Shown piece by piece: positions 39,084 to 51,900 of a stretch of 64,000 bases of DNA. The DNA is taken from the NCBI GenBank assembly GCA_040954595.2, contig CM082578.2, forward strand, positions 5,748,831 through 5,812,830, in the 5' to 3' direction. How positions within the stretch are numbered: position 1 is the stretch's first letter; every line of letters begins with the position of its first letter. Position numbers and translations under genes: made by a program. A model generated the notes under the pieces. It saw only the letters and a list, made by a program, of their open reading frames with translations, had not been told where the DNA came from and searched no databases. The DNA is from Balanoglossus misakiensis. Taxonomy: Eukaryota > Animalia > Hemichordata.

Positions 39084-42000
39084 AATTCCATTAAATCAAC
39101 AAGTAACGCGGTTACCCAATTGAAGCTTTTTGAAGAGACGGCAACAGTTTATTATGTAGTAATATGTGGCGGCCAGACAACGCGGGCGACGGTTTGAAAC
39201 TAAAAACGAACATTTTGACAATGTATCGATTGTCACTTGCATACTAGTATGCCGGATAATAGTATTCGCAAAATCTTATGATGCGATTAGAGAAAATGTG
39301 CACAGGGAACTAATCATGACTTAATGAACCCTGATGGACGGTTAAATTCAGCTTGTGTGCGACAGACGGGTCCTGTCAGAATTTTCTTCATCACCGGAGT
39401 CACCTGACCGATCGGACCACATAACATCGATCTCTTCAATTTGGCACAAAATAGTTCCAGATTGTACAATGATTGTACCTGACAACAAATAGTGCAAAGT
39501 TCATTTCCCGTTACCTCCGATGAACTATATAATTTTTAGAATAAGCTATACTTTTACTGAATATTTCTGTTCACTGGGAACAAATGTAATACTGAGTTAC
39601 TAATGTATACTATTGCGCATAGACAATGTGCATGACTGGTTCAGTGAACTAAATACCCCAACCAAAATATACATTTACTACTTGAAAGCTTCCTGCTGAC
39701 ACGCAATTTTTTATTAACGTTGGTTTTTCGATAGCTCGTAATGTAAATTTGCCATAAACCTGTCGGAATGCGAGGTGATAAAATTTTATGACATGTAAGT
39801 GAGTGCATTTAACACTGATCCGTAGACTGGCACATTCCACGTTCGGAATCGAAAAGAAAAAAATTAAAATAACTTTTTGGGTATTACATCTTCCCGGTTT
39901 AAGTAATGAGGCCCACCCCATGCATCTATATAAGAAAAGCAGAGGTTTGCACCAGACAATGGCTTGATGAGTAGGCTGAATGGTCAGTCACTGGAGGCGC
40001 TCTTCATGCGAGGAACTGTTTCTTATAGAACACAGCCAGCTACAGACACTCAAGGATGTACGCGCAGAACATAAACCGGATAACCGCGCGCACTCGTATT
40101 TTCCCCCTAGGATAACATTGATAATTGCTAGAAAACATACTTCTAATATTGTCATTTTCACGAAATTTTACACATAGCTCAGTCAAGCAAAAATAAATTT
40201 ATTGGTCAAATAAAATCGTATGGTCACCTTGCTATATTTTGAGATAAATTTCAATAAATATTTTGCCCATAGACAAACCATTGGTCAAAAATGCTGAGTC
40301 AGCGGTTTTCTTCTATTATTGACTAAATTCATGGCTCTGTACATCAAAACAAGCGCGGTGAACCCTATATTTATTACGGATTTTCATTATACGTACAAAG
40401 GAGAATTTAAAAACCCACAATTAAAAGCATGTCAATACTTTCAATTTTACTGAACGGACGTCCTGAAAACAGAGAGTCTCAGACTTCTATTGATGAAGCA
40501 GTCCTCGTAACTCACGTGCATTAGAAAGCATAGATGATGAGGGAAGGAACGCAGGGTCATACAAAATGCCCGAAGGAGTGGCTGTTATTTAATTATTAAA
40601 ATTGGACCGTGTTGGTGTCAGTTCTTTGTATTAAATGTTTCACTTGTAAAGCACAGGACTCCAGACGTGACGCCTAGCAGTTGTCAATGCTTCCATTGGA
40701 CACCTAATTCAAGATTCACGAGGGATATCCTTCTCTCCACGGGACAGATCAAATATCTCACTTGGACGAGAACGTATCTGACGATAAAAATAATTCAAGT
40801 TGTTCGCGCTGTACTATCGCCTAATCAACACATCCGGGTAATTACTCCCCGCAGGCAAAGTCCAGAACAGTGACATATTGCCTGATTTTTCAACCTTGCC
40901 GCTGAAGACATGCTTAAGTCGATTTTCTTCAAATCTCAGGCATAAATCTATAACGCTAAGGTCAGCACACACACGGTGGCATGGGATCCAGCTGTGATTT
41001 ATTTTACAAGGCAACAGAGTATTTCCACCATCATTTTCGCCGCAGCTATAGACGTGTAATCGACAGAATATTTTTCTTCGTTACGCTAACAATTAATGCA
41101 GATGCGCGCGCTCGCAAACAATGCCAATATGACTCATAAATTGTTTTTAATTACTATGGCAAAATAGTTGTTTAACAAAAGTTAGAACAAATTCTCTGAA
41201 TGCACAAGAGGCATCATTTCACCGACAACGAAGAAATATAATTTACGTGCAAGTGAAATGAGCTGAAATACTTCATCCTGTATCGTGATAGTATTCTTCA
41301 TCGTCTCTTGGAACGAAATGATAAGAACAAGAAAGTTCTCCTCGCAAAGGAACATAAATTGTCCAGGTGTCCATACTGTGCATTATAGCCGTGAACGCGT
41401 GTTTTGGCCGAGGCAAGAGAAGCCTCGCACAAAGCACCTTGGCTAGATTCCAACTTTGCGTGTTCTGCATTATCTTCTAAAAAACGGGTTAATATTCCGT
41501 CATTTATTTAGCAAATGGAAGTAAACGGTGTTTTGTTGTCATGCCGACAGCCAAGGGAGGGTTGTTTAAATCCCACTGTTTGATGCTTGGACTCGTCATC
41601 TTATTTACATGGTTACCATTTTATTTTATTTTTCATTTTACTAATTATTTCACATAAGACAGACGAACACATCCATTTCGATATCATCAAAAATGAAGTG
41701 CGTATAGAAATGCTACGCAATAAAATAAAGCGAATGTTAACTTATGCGACAAAAATGTATAGTATACGATTGTATACTTTATAAGCAGAATCTGACCAAA
41801 GGTCATACAGTTACCATTCTGATACACACATCTTAAATTTATTTGCCGACTGTGAGTATTTCTGTCATCATTTATAAAGAAGAATCGATACACTGTTTCT
41901 TGCACAAATTGAATTTACAAGTTAAATTATTATACATTTTCTAATTACCACGAGAATGTACACTCAAGGGATACAACTAAAATTTCCTTCCCAAGAATTA

Positions 42001-42292
42001 GTTCAAAAAGAAATTGATTTTAAGAGAGTCAAGAGAGCTAAATTCTATAATGATTTATGTTTTCAATTTTCACAATGCATTCTAAAGAGCTCTTTCTACA
42101 GGATCTATGAATACAAGGATTAGGGATTTAAATTGAATTTGTTCCAGCTCGTTAATCGATTTTGCACATGTGGTGCATACAGTTAATGCACAGGTCACGA
42201 CTGGTCGAATGGAAACATTCCAAATAGTATTTATTTCACTGTTATTACAATTTACAACTAAACCTTTTCCATTGAGGGGCATATACATTGTT

Positions 42293-42558
42293 TTCATTCA
42301 TTCATTCATTCATTCATTCATTCATTCATTCATTCATTCATTCATTCATTCATTCATTCATTCATTCATTCATTCATTCATTCATTCATTCATTCATTCA
42401 TTCATTCACTCACTCACTCACTCACTCATTCATTCATTCAGTCAGTCAGTCAGTCAGTCTGCCAGGCAGTCAGTCAGTCAGTCAGTCTGCCAGGCAGTCA
42501 GTCACTGACTCACTGACTCACTCACTCCTGCCTCGCTCAGTCAGTCAGTGATTCATTC
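42293..42558. repeat. Compound (TTCA)n-(CTCA)n-(GTCA)n microsatellite
   Basis: Seen directly; includes a duplicated gtctgccaggca interruption. Confidence 0.97.
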
Positions 42559-44848
42559 TATTCTTGACATATGCGTTTGATTTAGAACAAGAAAATGCTA
42601 TACCAAAGTTCATTATCTTAGTGTGATGCGGGGAATTGGTGTACAACAAAATCGAATAAGTTACTGTCAGTGGTAATTTATTGAGTCACTTAAAACCTTT
42701 AGGCGTGTGGAATTTTGCGAACACATCTACGTTTTAGGCCTAATTTGACCAATTCCGTGTCAAACTCAATTTAGAGATTTTGCACAATATGAACCCATTC
42801 ATGTTAACTCAATTCAATCAACGATCACAATAAAAATAGTGTTCGTGGTTTATTATTGGCAGGTAGAATTGTGGATTTGTTTTTAAGTTTGTGAAAGAAT
42901 AGTCAGTGAATGTACCGAACCGTTGAGAACCAAAATATCCGTCTCATTCTCACTATCATATATATAAAGTTTAGCCTTATCGTTGCAAATGAATAATCTT
43001 TTAAAAAATATGTTTGTTTCGGGGTTCATACTACTCAATCTAGGAAAGACGAACACGTATATGGAAATACTTTGTACATGTAGCTTAATAAAGTAAATCT
43101 CGTAACAAAGTGAAGGCGCAGAAGTATAACCAGAATGTATTTCTTTGGCGAAAAGTGCTCGTGTCTGCCTCAAATATGGCATCCACTACGTATGCATGCA
43201 GCTAGTAGTTATAAGAAACATGTAAATGGTATAATATTACATGTATTGTAGAAGTAATGTTAGAATGCACATTCATTCACTGGCTGTGACTGGATGTATT
43301 TAAATGAACTGTGTTTGAACAAATGACAGACAGTGCGATGACTTCTTTCTATGTTGAAATGTGACGGCTACATTTGTATGCATGGAATATCAGGAATTGG
43401 CATATTGTTGATGACTTTAATACTTGCCCCATTGACGTTAATAAATCACATAAATATTGAATGTTATACCGAGCCAAGAGAAAGAAAGAGAGAAAAAAAA
43501 CATCGCTCCTTTTGTTGCTCAGTTCTGTTTCTCCATTGTCAATGTTAGTTGTACCTCGTGATACACGGGGGACAGCACGTACTCGTGATTGTAGATGACT
43601 TCACAAAATTCGATTGTCTCTTTATTGTCGTTATTTCCAAACTGGGCAAATTCTCAAGAGGCCTTCATTTCCGACAGTCGATGCATTAAAACTCTCCGTG
43701 TGTCATTCATCATTCATAAAGTCACACTTCTGTATTTATAATGACAGCATCAAATACAAAGTCAAACTCTGACACCGTAAGCTGCAATGAAAGTAAATCT
43801 TGGTAAAGGTTACTTGCAATGACATAAATATAATAATGGCTGTATGTGGACTGCGTTCTACATTTCCAATTGTATATTATAGGTTAAAAGTTAAGTCGAA
43901 CGTCGACACATTGAATCAATTGTAGCTATATGTGACATCATATATGGAATGAAAGTGTGATATTGCGATTTCGCCATAGACTGTACTGAAATACTTGCAC
44001 CCTTATCTTAGCATGCTATGGACACATATTTGTGTCTTCTTATCTGATTTGCATATTTATGTTTTATATCTTACAAATGTAAGTGTCATATGCTTGATTA
44101 AAGTAAATTTGACCGCGCGTGGCCTGAAGCCTGGCGCATTGTGGTAACATATGTCTGCTTTTCTCAGTACTTCCGTTATAAAGTGACTGGTCATGAGTTC
44201 AGGTTACCAAGAAAATAGTAACAAGACTGTGAGTTCAAAATGATGTTTGACATAAATTTAGTATAATTTACGAATATACATAATGTAGGCGCAATTGATG
44301 TTTATGGATCTGGCGAAATGAATTCACACATCCATGGTAACGCAGATGGGGAGACAATGCATCGACCAAATACGCCATTGCATATACAGGCAACTGTGTG
44401 CAAAGAGGGGCTGTTTTACCCACCATGTGGACAACACAGTCCGTTCAGATATCATCATTCTCGTTTCGTCCGAAGCAAATACATACTGTTGCAGAGTTCA
44501 CTGCGGGTCATTTTGAATCACTGTCCTGAAATAAACACACAATACCTCTAAACCCCGCTCGTAGTCACGGTATTTCACATGGTGCCCCTTTCTTGTGGCT
44601 AATGCAATTTAACACGATTTGAAGTATTTTAGGATTGCATGTGAATAAATTGACAGTTTTTAAACTCGGCAAATAATGTAGTACGTACACGCTGATTTTT
44701 GTCATATTGATTTGTTTAAACGATGGTAGAATTACTATATTCCTCCGTGTGCAACGAATACTACTCATTTTGTTCACATTTCAATCGTATGCAATTATAG
44801 TTCCAATCGTGTTACATGTTAATGATAGTCGGTATAACAATACGCACC

Positions 44849-45034
44849 AGTACACTGGTGCCCTGTGGAAATCTAGCCACAGTTACCATGGCAAATTGAG
44901 TTCTAGCCAATCACAGAATTTAAGTGGGTGGCGCACGCGAAAAAAGAGCGCCACCATATGTTCTTTAGAACACTCAGATACGCCATTTTGCCATTTACAG
45001 ACACATGTGGTAAATTGGAGGTGACCGTGTACTT
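44849..45034 (-). mobile_element. Second, more diverged copy of the Kolobok-type MITE at 24460-24647
   Basis: Reverse-complement similarity over the full length (agttaccatggcaaattgag.tctagccaatcaca; gagcgccaccatatgttctt; gtaaattggaggtgac). TTAA is kept at the right end only. Confidence 0.8.
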
Positions 45035-46894
45035 TTAACGGAACACCCGCGAGCGCTTACTGTTCTAAGCACAGTCATACATGGTCAAGTACATCTCATG
45101 AGATGACAGCTGATACGCCTATACCTTAAATTCTCACCCGTGGTGTTAATTTTTTCATGTAAACGCATTAAAATTGCAAAACTGAGGAGATTCGTGTATA
45201 CATTCACTATGTTTCGTTGCACCAATTTGTCGATCATATTGGATCCGATTTAGAGTAGAGTGCCATCCCACGCCCATACACAGTAACACACATAATCGAG
45301 CCAGCCTACGGTGGTATTCTTGTTCAAAAAACGTATAATTGTGTTTGTGGACTCGTCTGGATTAAGAAAAGCATACCCACAGCATTTTACGATTGCAATT
45401 TTAAAGTACTAATGAGCTTGGGGAAACCACCGAGCTTCTTCCCTTCATCGGCCGCTAGAAATCCCAGTGGGCCATTTCCATTAATGTGTGCATTTTTTAA
45501 ATCACCTTGACTCCAGCACATTCACCCGAAGGGTATTGCTTATACTTAATTCTGAGCTTCTTTGGTTTCTTGGATCCTTCTATAACGGAGTCTTACAAAA
45601 TCTTTCTTCTTGGTGACTAAATGTGTGGACATGAATGTGTCATTTTATATTGTGCAATACCTGGCGCCTCTGTTTTTAAACGTCATCATTTTTTAAACGT
45701 CGCTTTTAAAAGCTTTTAATTAGAATAGCCCCCTCCAAATACTCCTTAGTAATCATCCGAATATAAACAAACGAGGAAAAAAAACAACCTCCTTCTAGAT
45801 CAATGACAGTGAATATGTTCACATGCTGGTAGGAGGACACACGTCGATTAGTTCAAAATAATCTTAGTCGATATGTATATGTGAGATTAGAATCATCAAA
45901 TACATTTACCGGGGGGGGGGTGAGATAGAAACTGCAAGGAGTGATGAAGAATGAAAATAAAGCAGAAAACGCGAGTTGAATTGGACATTTATTTTCACTG
46001 CATCAATGGCCTCCTGTTTTAAAATATTAGGTTGTGACCATTTTCAGCAGCCATGATCTTCAGCGCACACTTGGCATCAGCATCGCACAAGACAAACTGG
46101 ATGCATTATTCAAGGACTGGTCGTTAGCACTGAATGACAAGAATAACTGACTTTACCGAGAAAAAAAGCAGCGTCACCACCCAGGTCATATGTCCCTGAT
46201 GAATCGCTCACTGTTGTTGAATATTGACCGACTCAGCTCAATCAGATCTTAATATTTGATGGATTGGCAATGGGCTCAAAATTCAAGGCCTGCCTTGCAG
46301 CGACATCAGTGTCACATTGGTTGACTGTGTGTTTGTGTGTTACTACTTTGAAACGAATGTAAGTCAAATCCACAATCGTCACGGAATATAGCCTAAAGCG
46401 ATCGAGGTGTCGATTTGACTGAGCAGAGATTGAAGTAAGAGACTTCAGTATAGCAGCATTCGGAAATGATCCTGTACTGCGCTTGGGTTTCCATGACCGT
46501 TACGATTTGTGTGAATAATTCGGAGAATGCTGTCAATGAACGCAAAACCCCGCAAAAGTGTCAGACGTGATACATCCGTCTCCTCCCGTCTGCGAAGGTC
46601 ACATTGATCTGTCACGACATCGGCGTCGTTCCATGGGCACACAGCAGGTACCCAGATGGTTTCGCCAAATTAAGCGATCAGTGAATGGCAGCATTTGATT
46701 ACGGAGGGGAAGTTCTCTGCTGACATGACCAGATGTGCGCGGTCCCATGCAAAACAATAATGCACGACCTGTCTGGTGCCCACTTTATACATTGTATGAA
46801 GATCCGTTGACCTCAATTGGTCTGAAGGTACTATGGAAAACGAAGGGGTACATAAAAGTATACATTGTAATCATACAGCATGCATGTTAACATT

Positions 46895-47454
46895 TATGGG
46901 GGTCACACAGTACCATTAAGACGTTTCTGAACCGTCTCAGATAAAATACTGACGTAAATTAAACGTCTCAGATTTGCCGGCCAGACCTGATACGAGGTTC
47001 AGACAGGGAAAGTTTGAGACACTACTTGCCTATGGTAAACGCAGAGCATTAATCCTTTGAGTCGAGTTGTGTCCACACACACACACACACTTTATGTACA
47101 TGCGCTGAGGCTCGGCCCAATAGACAATGGGTTGCGGAGTGGTGTTAATCCTTACACCGGCTCAGGTCTGGGCGGCAAAGTCGTCTAAAATCTAAGCCGT
47201 TTCAAAACCATATACACCGTCCACACGTGTTTTTAAGACGGTATCTGATTTGAGACGCTTCAGAACCGTCTTAATGGTGTATGTGAGACCCCCATATGAG
47301 ATGGTGTAGGGATTAACACCTCTCCGCAACCCATTATCCATTGTCAACGTCTATACAGTAAACTTTGTGAGTGTGGACACAGGCGATTCAAAGGATTAAT
47401 GCTCTGTGTTTAACATAGGCAAATAGTGTCTCAAAATTTAACTTGTGTGAACCT
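46895..47454. repeat. Two interlocked inverted-repeat pairs (A-B-A'-B'), probably MITE-derived
   Basis: A 46895-46990 pairs with A' 47162-47296 (TATGGGGGTC.CAC...CCATTAAGACG; TTTGCCG.CCAGACCTGA). B 46995-47158 pairs with B' 47303-47454 (TTTGAGACACTA.TTGCCTATG, CAGAGCATTAATCCTTTGA, AATGGGTTGCGGAG.GGTGTTAATCC.TACACC). Confidence 0.85.
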
Positions 47455-48571
47455 GGTAAGTATAATTCAAACCTTTCCTATCGTGCAATGCATATGGGTT
47501 GTCAGCGGCGATTAATCAACTTGACATAACTTTTAAACATGACAGTTACTCATGACTCCACTTGAATCAAAATGACACCGTTTCTACGAGATGTTACTCG
47601 AATTGCGATTTCAGTGGAATTTCATTTTCAAAGTAGATTTTGAGAGGGGAATTCTGCCCCGGGTCGTGTTTTCTTTGTCAGAGAAAATCTTACTAACTGT
47701 CAAATAGCGCCTATAGCTTCAGGTGAACATGGGTACAAACTTGTATCGAAGGCCAAAAGGGTGTCGCAGGTGTCTGCCTTTAAATTAACAACTCCGCTGT
47801 ATGCATGGCTGACGAAAGCGAGATTTCAATTATTGTAGGACTGCGCCATCTTTAAGCTGCCAAAGAAGTGTACAGTTTCCCAAGTTGCAAACAGACTACG
47901 AAACAAAATGCCCAGAATCGTACAACCGACAGCTTGTTTCCGATGGCACAGCGGTGCATGTGCGATAAAGCTGTTAATGCAATGTTAAAGTGTCATCTGT
48001 AAGTATAGCCGCGTGTAATCTCTAGAAAAAAAGCCAGGCGCTACAGGAAAGGCCATTCCTCTTTCTTGAATGAAATATCTTGAGTGAACAGTTAGCGATT
48101 CATGCATTGCCATTTTATGTCAGAGACAATGGGTTCTGATGTCAACTATAAAAAAGCAAACTTTCAGACAAACCAGATCCCCTTCACAAACCCGAGACAA
48201 AAATTGAGCAATTTATGGTACTTTTTGTCCCTACCTTAATCTCGGAAGCTGAGCAAACGATTATAAATATCGTCGTCTGGCACCTTTATTTCATCGACCG
48301 ACAACCTGGCGCCGATGTTGTTATTTTTTCAACAGGCCTAGTGCCTGTACACACACCAAGCGGCATCCGTTTTGAATGATCAATTTTTCGTTTAGTTCGG
48401 AATCATTCGGTTTGCTTATCGCTCAGTCTGTAGAGTTTCTGGAGGTATGACTGCTTATCAGTGCACGGCCTATTTAATCAGATCCACAACGCTCAATTAA
48501 ACGTGCTCCAATTCTATGAAAATGGGGAATGCAGTAAAGTACTACCAAGCCAACGCATTGAGACAGCATAC

Positions 48572-48900
48572 CTGTAGTTCTTTGAACACAAAAGAAACCT
48601 GGTTACGTGGTTATGCCATTAACGGCCATCCGGCGATCTGTTGTCATTACTCGGACACGTTGGAATCCACTTCATTGGTGTGGGGACGCTATGAACGTCA
48701 AGTTATTTTGTGATACGATGAATATTTTGTTGATTTGTTTTCTGTCCACCGCCATGACGCAGACATGCCGAACATTTTTCATTCTAACATGGTATACCAG
48801 TACGAGAAATTTACCGCGACACTGGATGTCAATTTTTGTCATGATACAATCTGTCCTGTTGTAGTCATTTGAAATTTCATACAGAGCTAAAGTCATCTCT
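48572..48900 (-). pseudogene. Possible decayed cadherin-repeat-like exon
   Basis: One frame with two stops gives YEISND..KID...G, HVCVMAVD, RVMTTD....VNGIT and FFCVQRTTG, ending at a donor-like CAG|GTATG. Resemblance judged by eye only. Confidence 0.2.
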
Positions 48901-51900
48901 GAAAACACCACTTATTATTTATGGACAAATCTTAAACATTTATGTTGCACTCTTCCGTTCTGTCAGAATGATTTTCACTAATGCTATTCAAAATAATCAG
49001 TACGTATTCAAGTTTAGATCTAACCAGTTTACAAATACAAAACATACTCGTTAACATATTTATTATTTGTCATGATAACAAATATTATAGTCCGAGAGTT
49101 TTTACTCACACTCTGAATTACGCTACCTCATGTCCTCACAAAACTTTAATCTCATGAGAATAGTAACCCCAAGATCTCTTATGCTATTGAGCTATTGATT
49201 TTTACTAAGGTATAAGCAGCCAGTTACTATGGGAATGCAAAACTCTTCTAAACTTTTCAAAGAAACAGCAAGAGTGTGCATTTGGTAGGATCGAGATTTA
49301 ATATGCCATGTGTCAAACCAGCTGTTGATGTCGGATTGCCAACGAGTCAGAAACGAGATTATCACATTATGTCAATATGCTATTGATGAAAAGCTTAGAC
49401 GGGGCTTAAAGGGGGATCAAGGTGAGTCCCCAAGGTACATCCAAATCAAGACGCATTCTAACCTAATAATAAAAACTGCAAGCAGCCTTGAGCGGGCTCA
49501 AGCAAATGAACCAAATACAAGAAGGTCAAGGGTCACGCCACTGTCAACAACAAAAAATGTCATAAATGTTGATGCTAAAATGATGATATGAAAAAATATC
49601 ATACTAGGCTTGTAACCCAATTGGTTAGCCCGGAATTAGGTTTGTGCATACATGTAAATAATGAGGAAAGGCATACTACTCCATTTGGGTGTTTCATTTC
49701 AAACTGATCCATGTCAAACAAAACTACACTTCTACCTCTATGGTTTATCCTAGAATTATATGCATTAGTTACGGAGGTTAATGTAAGATTCCATTAAGAG
49801 TTTCATCCATCCAAATGTCCACGATGAGCCATGTCTTGTTTGCCAAATGCCAAATGAGAATGTCCTCCCATACGACATGTCTATTAACCAGCCGAGATAT
49901 CGTAGGGTCTAGTGGAGTTGGAAAGCGACAATGTAGAGCTTACTGGAAGCATCCGTCTACAGTTTTACTCGGTTTATACAAAATGTGCACACATGAAAGG
50001 ATCCTAAAACTGCTCTTTCCCCCTCTAGAACTGTTACAGTCAATAGGGGGCACACGGCTGTTACCAGCCCTTTGAAACCACGCTGATCTATAACAGATTA
50101 TACGACCACTCTCTGGTTCCAACATTGTCCAAAGTGCGTCACAGATGGGTTCTATAGTTGCTTGCTACACTGCTGTCGAAAAAGTTAGAGAGAACGACAT
50201 CACTCTAATGACCTAAAAGTGCACTAACCTGTTATACTACTCTACATCAGACCTGCACATATCAGTCCTATTCTCAAACCATGCATCACGAATAACTAGA
50301 AAATATGAAAATATGCAGCAGTAAGATAATTTTTGCGATATTCTCGACTTTATTTAATTGTTGTACCAATCATATATTACTTGTAGCGACAGTCAAAACG
50401 CGACAAATAAACGAACGACAACTACCCTCCCCTTTTCTCTTTAGACTTTCAATAATAACGCGTCATACATGTAGGTTTGTCCACTGGGTATATTTACTCA
50501 TGCCAAATTTCTAACGGAGCATTACGTGATGCGTGCGAGATTTGGTACTGTCCTGCAAATGGCGCAGCTGGTGTACTGTGTAACCTTCACATGCATAACA
50601 TTAATGATCACAGTGCCTTAACTCGAAATAAAATTTCCAATCTTATTCTGCGCGAGCTTTTGGGCACATCCGTATGTGACATAATAATGATCGCCCATGC
50701 TCCATTTATATTTACTAAGTTCGGTTGTATGTCTATATTGTTCGTTCATGAATGAACACGTGTGGTTTCTATATATCTTAGCTTAAACGCGGTATCACAA
50801 AGTCCGATGTATGTTAACAACTTTCTTTCGTAACGTGGAATACGATGCCTTTGTCGTTGCATCTGCCGCCCATAGTTATTTTCGACACAGCTGTATATAG
50901 TTGTTCCTTTTTAATGTTTTTTTTTTGAGGTGCTGGGATATATACAGTACATCATGTGTCTGTAAGTCTGGGATTAATATTCGTATCTTTAACCTTCGTC
51001 TGGGATTTCATCTTCGTCTTAATTATATGTAATATCTTCATCTGGGATTCTCTCAAATTTACGGTCGCTTCTGACCTGTAGCTCACATGTGACTGGTAAA
51101 TTTCTTGGGTTTATCCTATTGAGTTTTTACATTCTCTTGGGAAGATTTGATTTAGAGAATCTAGAATAGCCCAATCACAAACCGAGTTTCATGCCGCAAA
51201 GATAGTTCCCAGTTGTTCCCACTAAGAATAAATTGAGTTCAATTCCAGGCTTATACGAAATGCGAGATAGAACATTTGGCAATAATGGAAATCCGCCTAA
51301 TCTGAGCTGGTATTCACGACCTCATAAAAAAAGTAGTTTTGTACAGATGTCTGCAGTCAGTCGGAAATTTGTTAGTCCTTATTGGTTTATTAAGATACTC
51401 TATAGTCAGATTGGGTTGCCGCGAGAGAACATTTAGTGCCAGTCCCGATCTAACCGTTCAGGCTTGCAGCTGACGGCATACTTGTTCCGTAAGCTTCCCC
51501 TAATTGCTAACTTATTGTGCCAATGTGACCTATTTAAAATATCTTACAATATTTTGCAGTGCGGATGGGTAATTGCTTACGCGGAAGTAGCAATCATAAT
51601 TTCAGTCCACGTATTGAATATAGAAATACATAGACGCACGGTATGGCTGAAATTTTAATAGTGTCTCCTACAGAGGCGTTTAATCGAAAAACTCATTCCT
51701 GTCGTGTGCCAAGCTGCATGCTCACATGCCATATGTCTTTTTTTTATATAAAATATAGTAAGAAGGTTTTTTGATAAGCAATTCATAATAGAACGTCGAT
51801 AAAACTGCATCACTTCAAATTAATCCTTCAAGTTCGTTACGATTATTCACATGGACAGGCATAATTTCGACACAGCAAGAAAAATTGAAACCGATTTATT

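Noticed and set aside
46048-46150. Putative exon after TTTTCAG (SHDLQRTLGISIAQDKLDALFKDW...)
   Set aside because: Only ~33 codons, no diagnostic EF-hand or death-domain motif, and no partner exons.
49523-49535. Nuclear-receptor DR1 site AGGTCAAGGGTCA
   Set aside because: A single motif of a type common in invertebrate repeats (a similar one lies at ~55348 inside the transposon); no supporting context.
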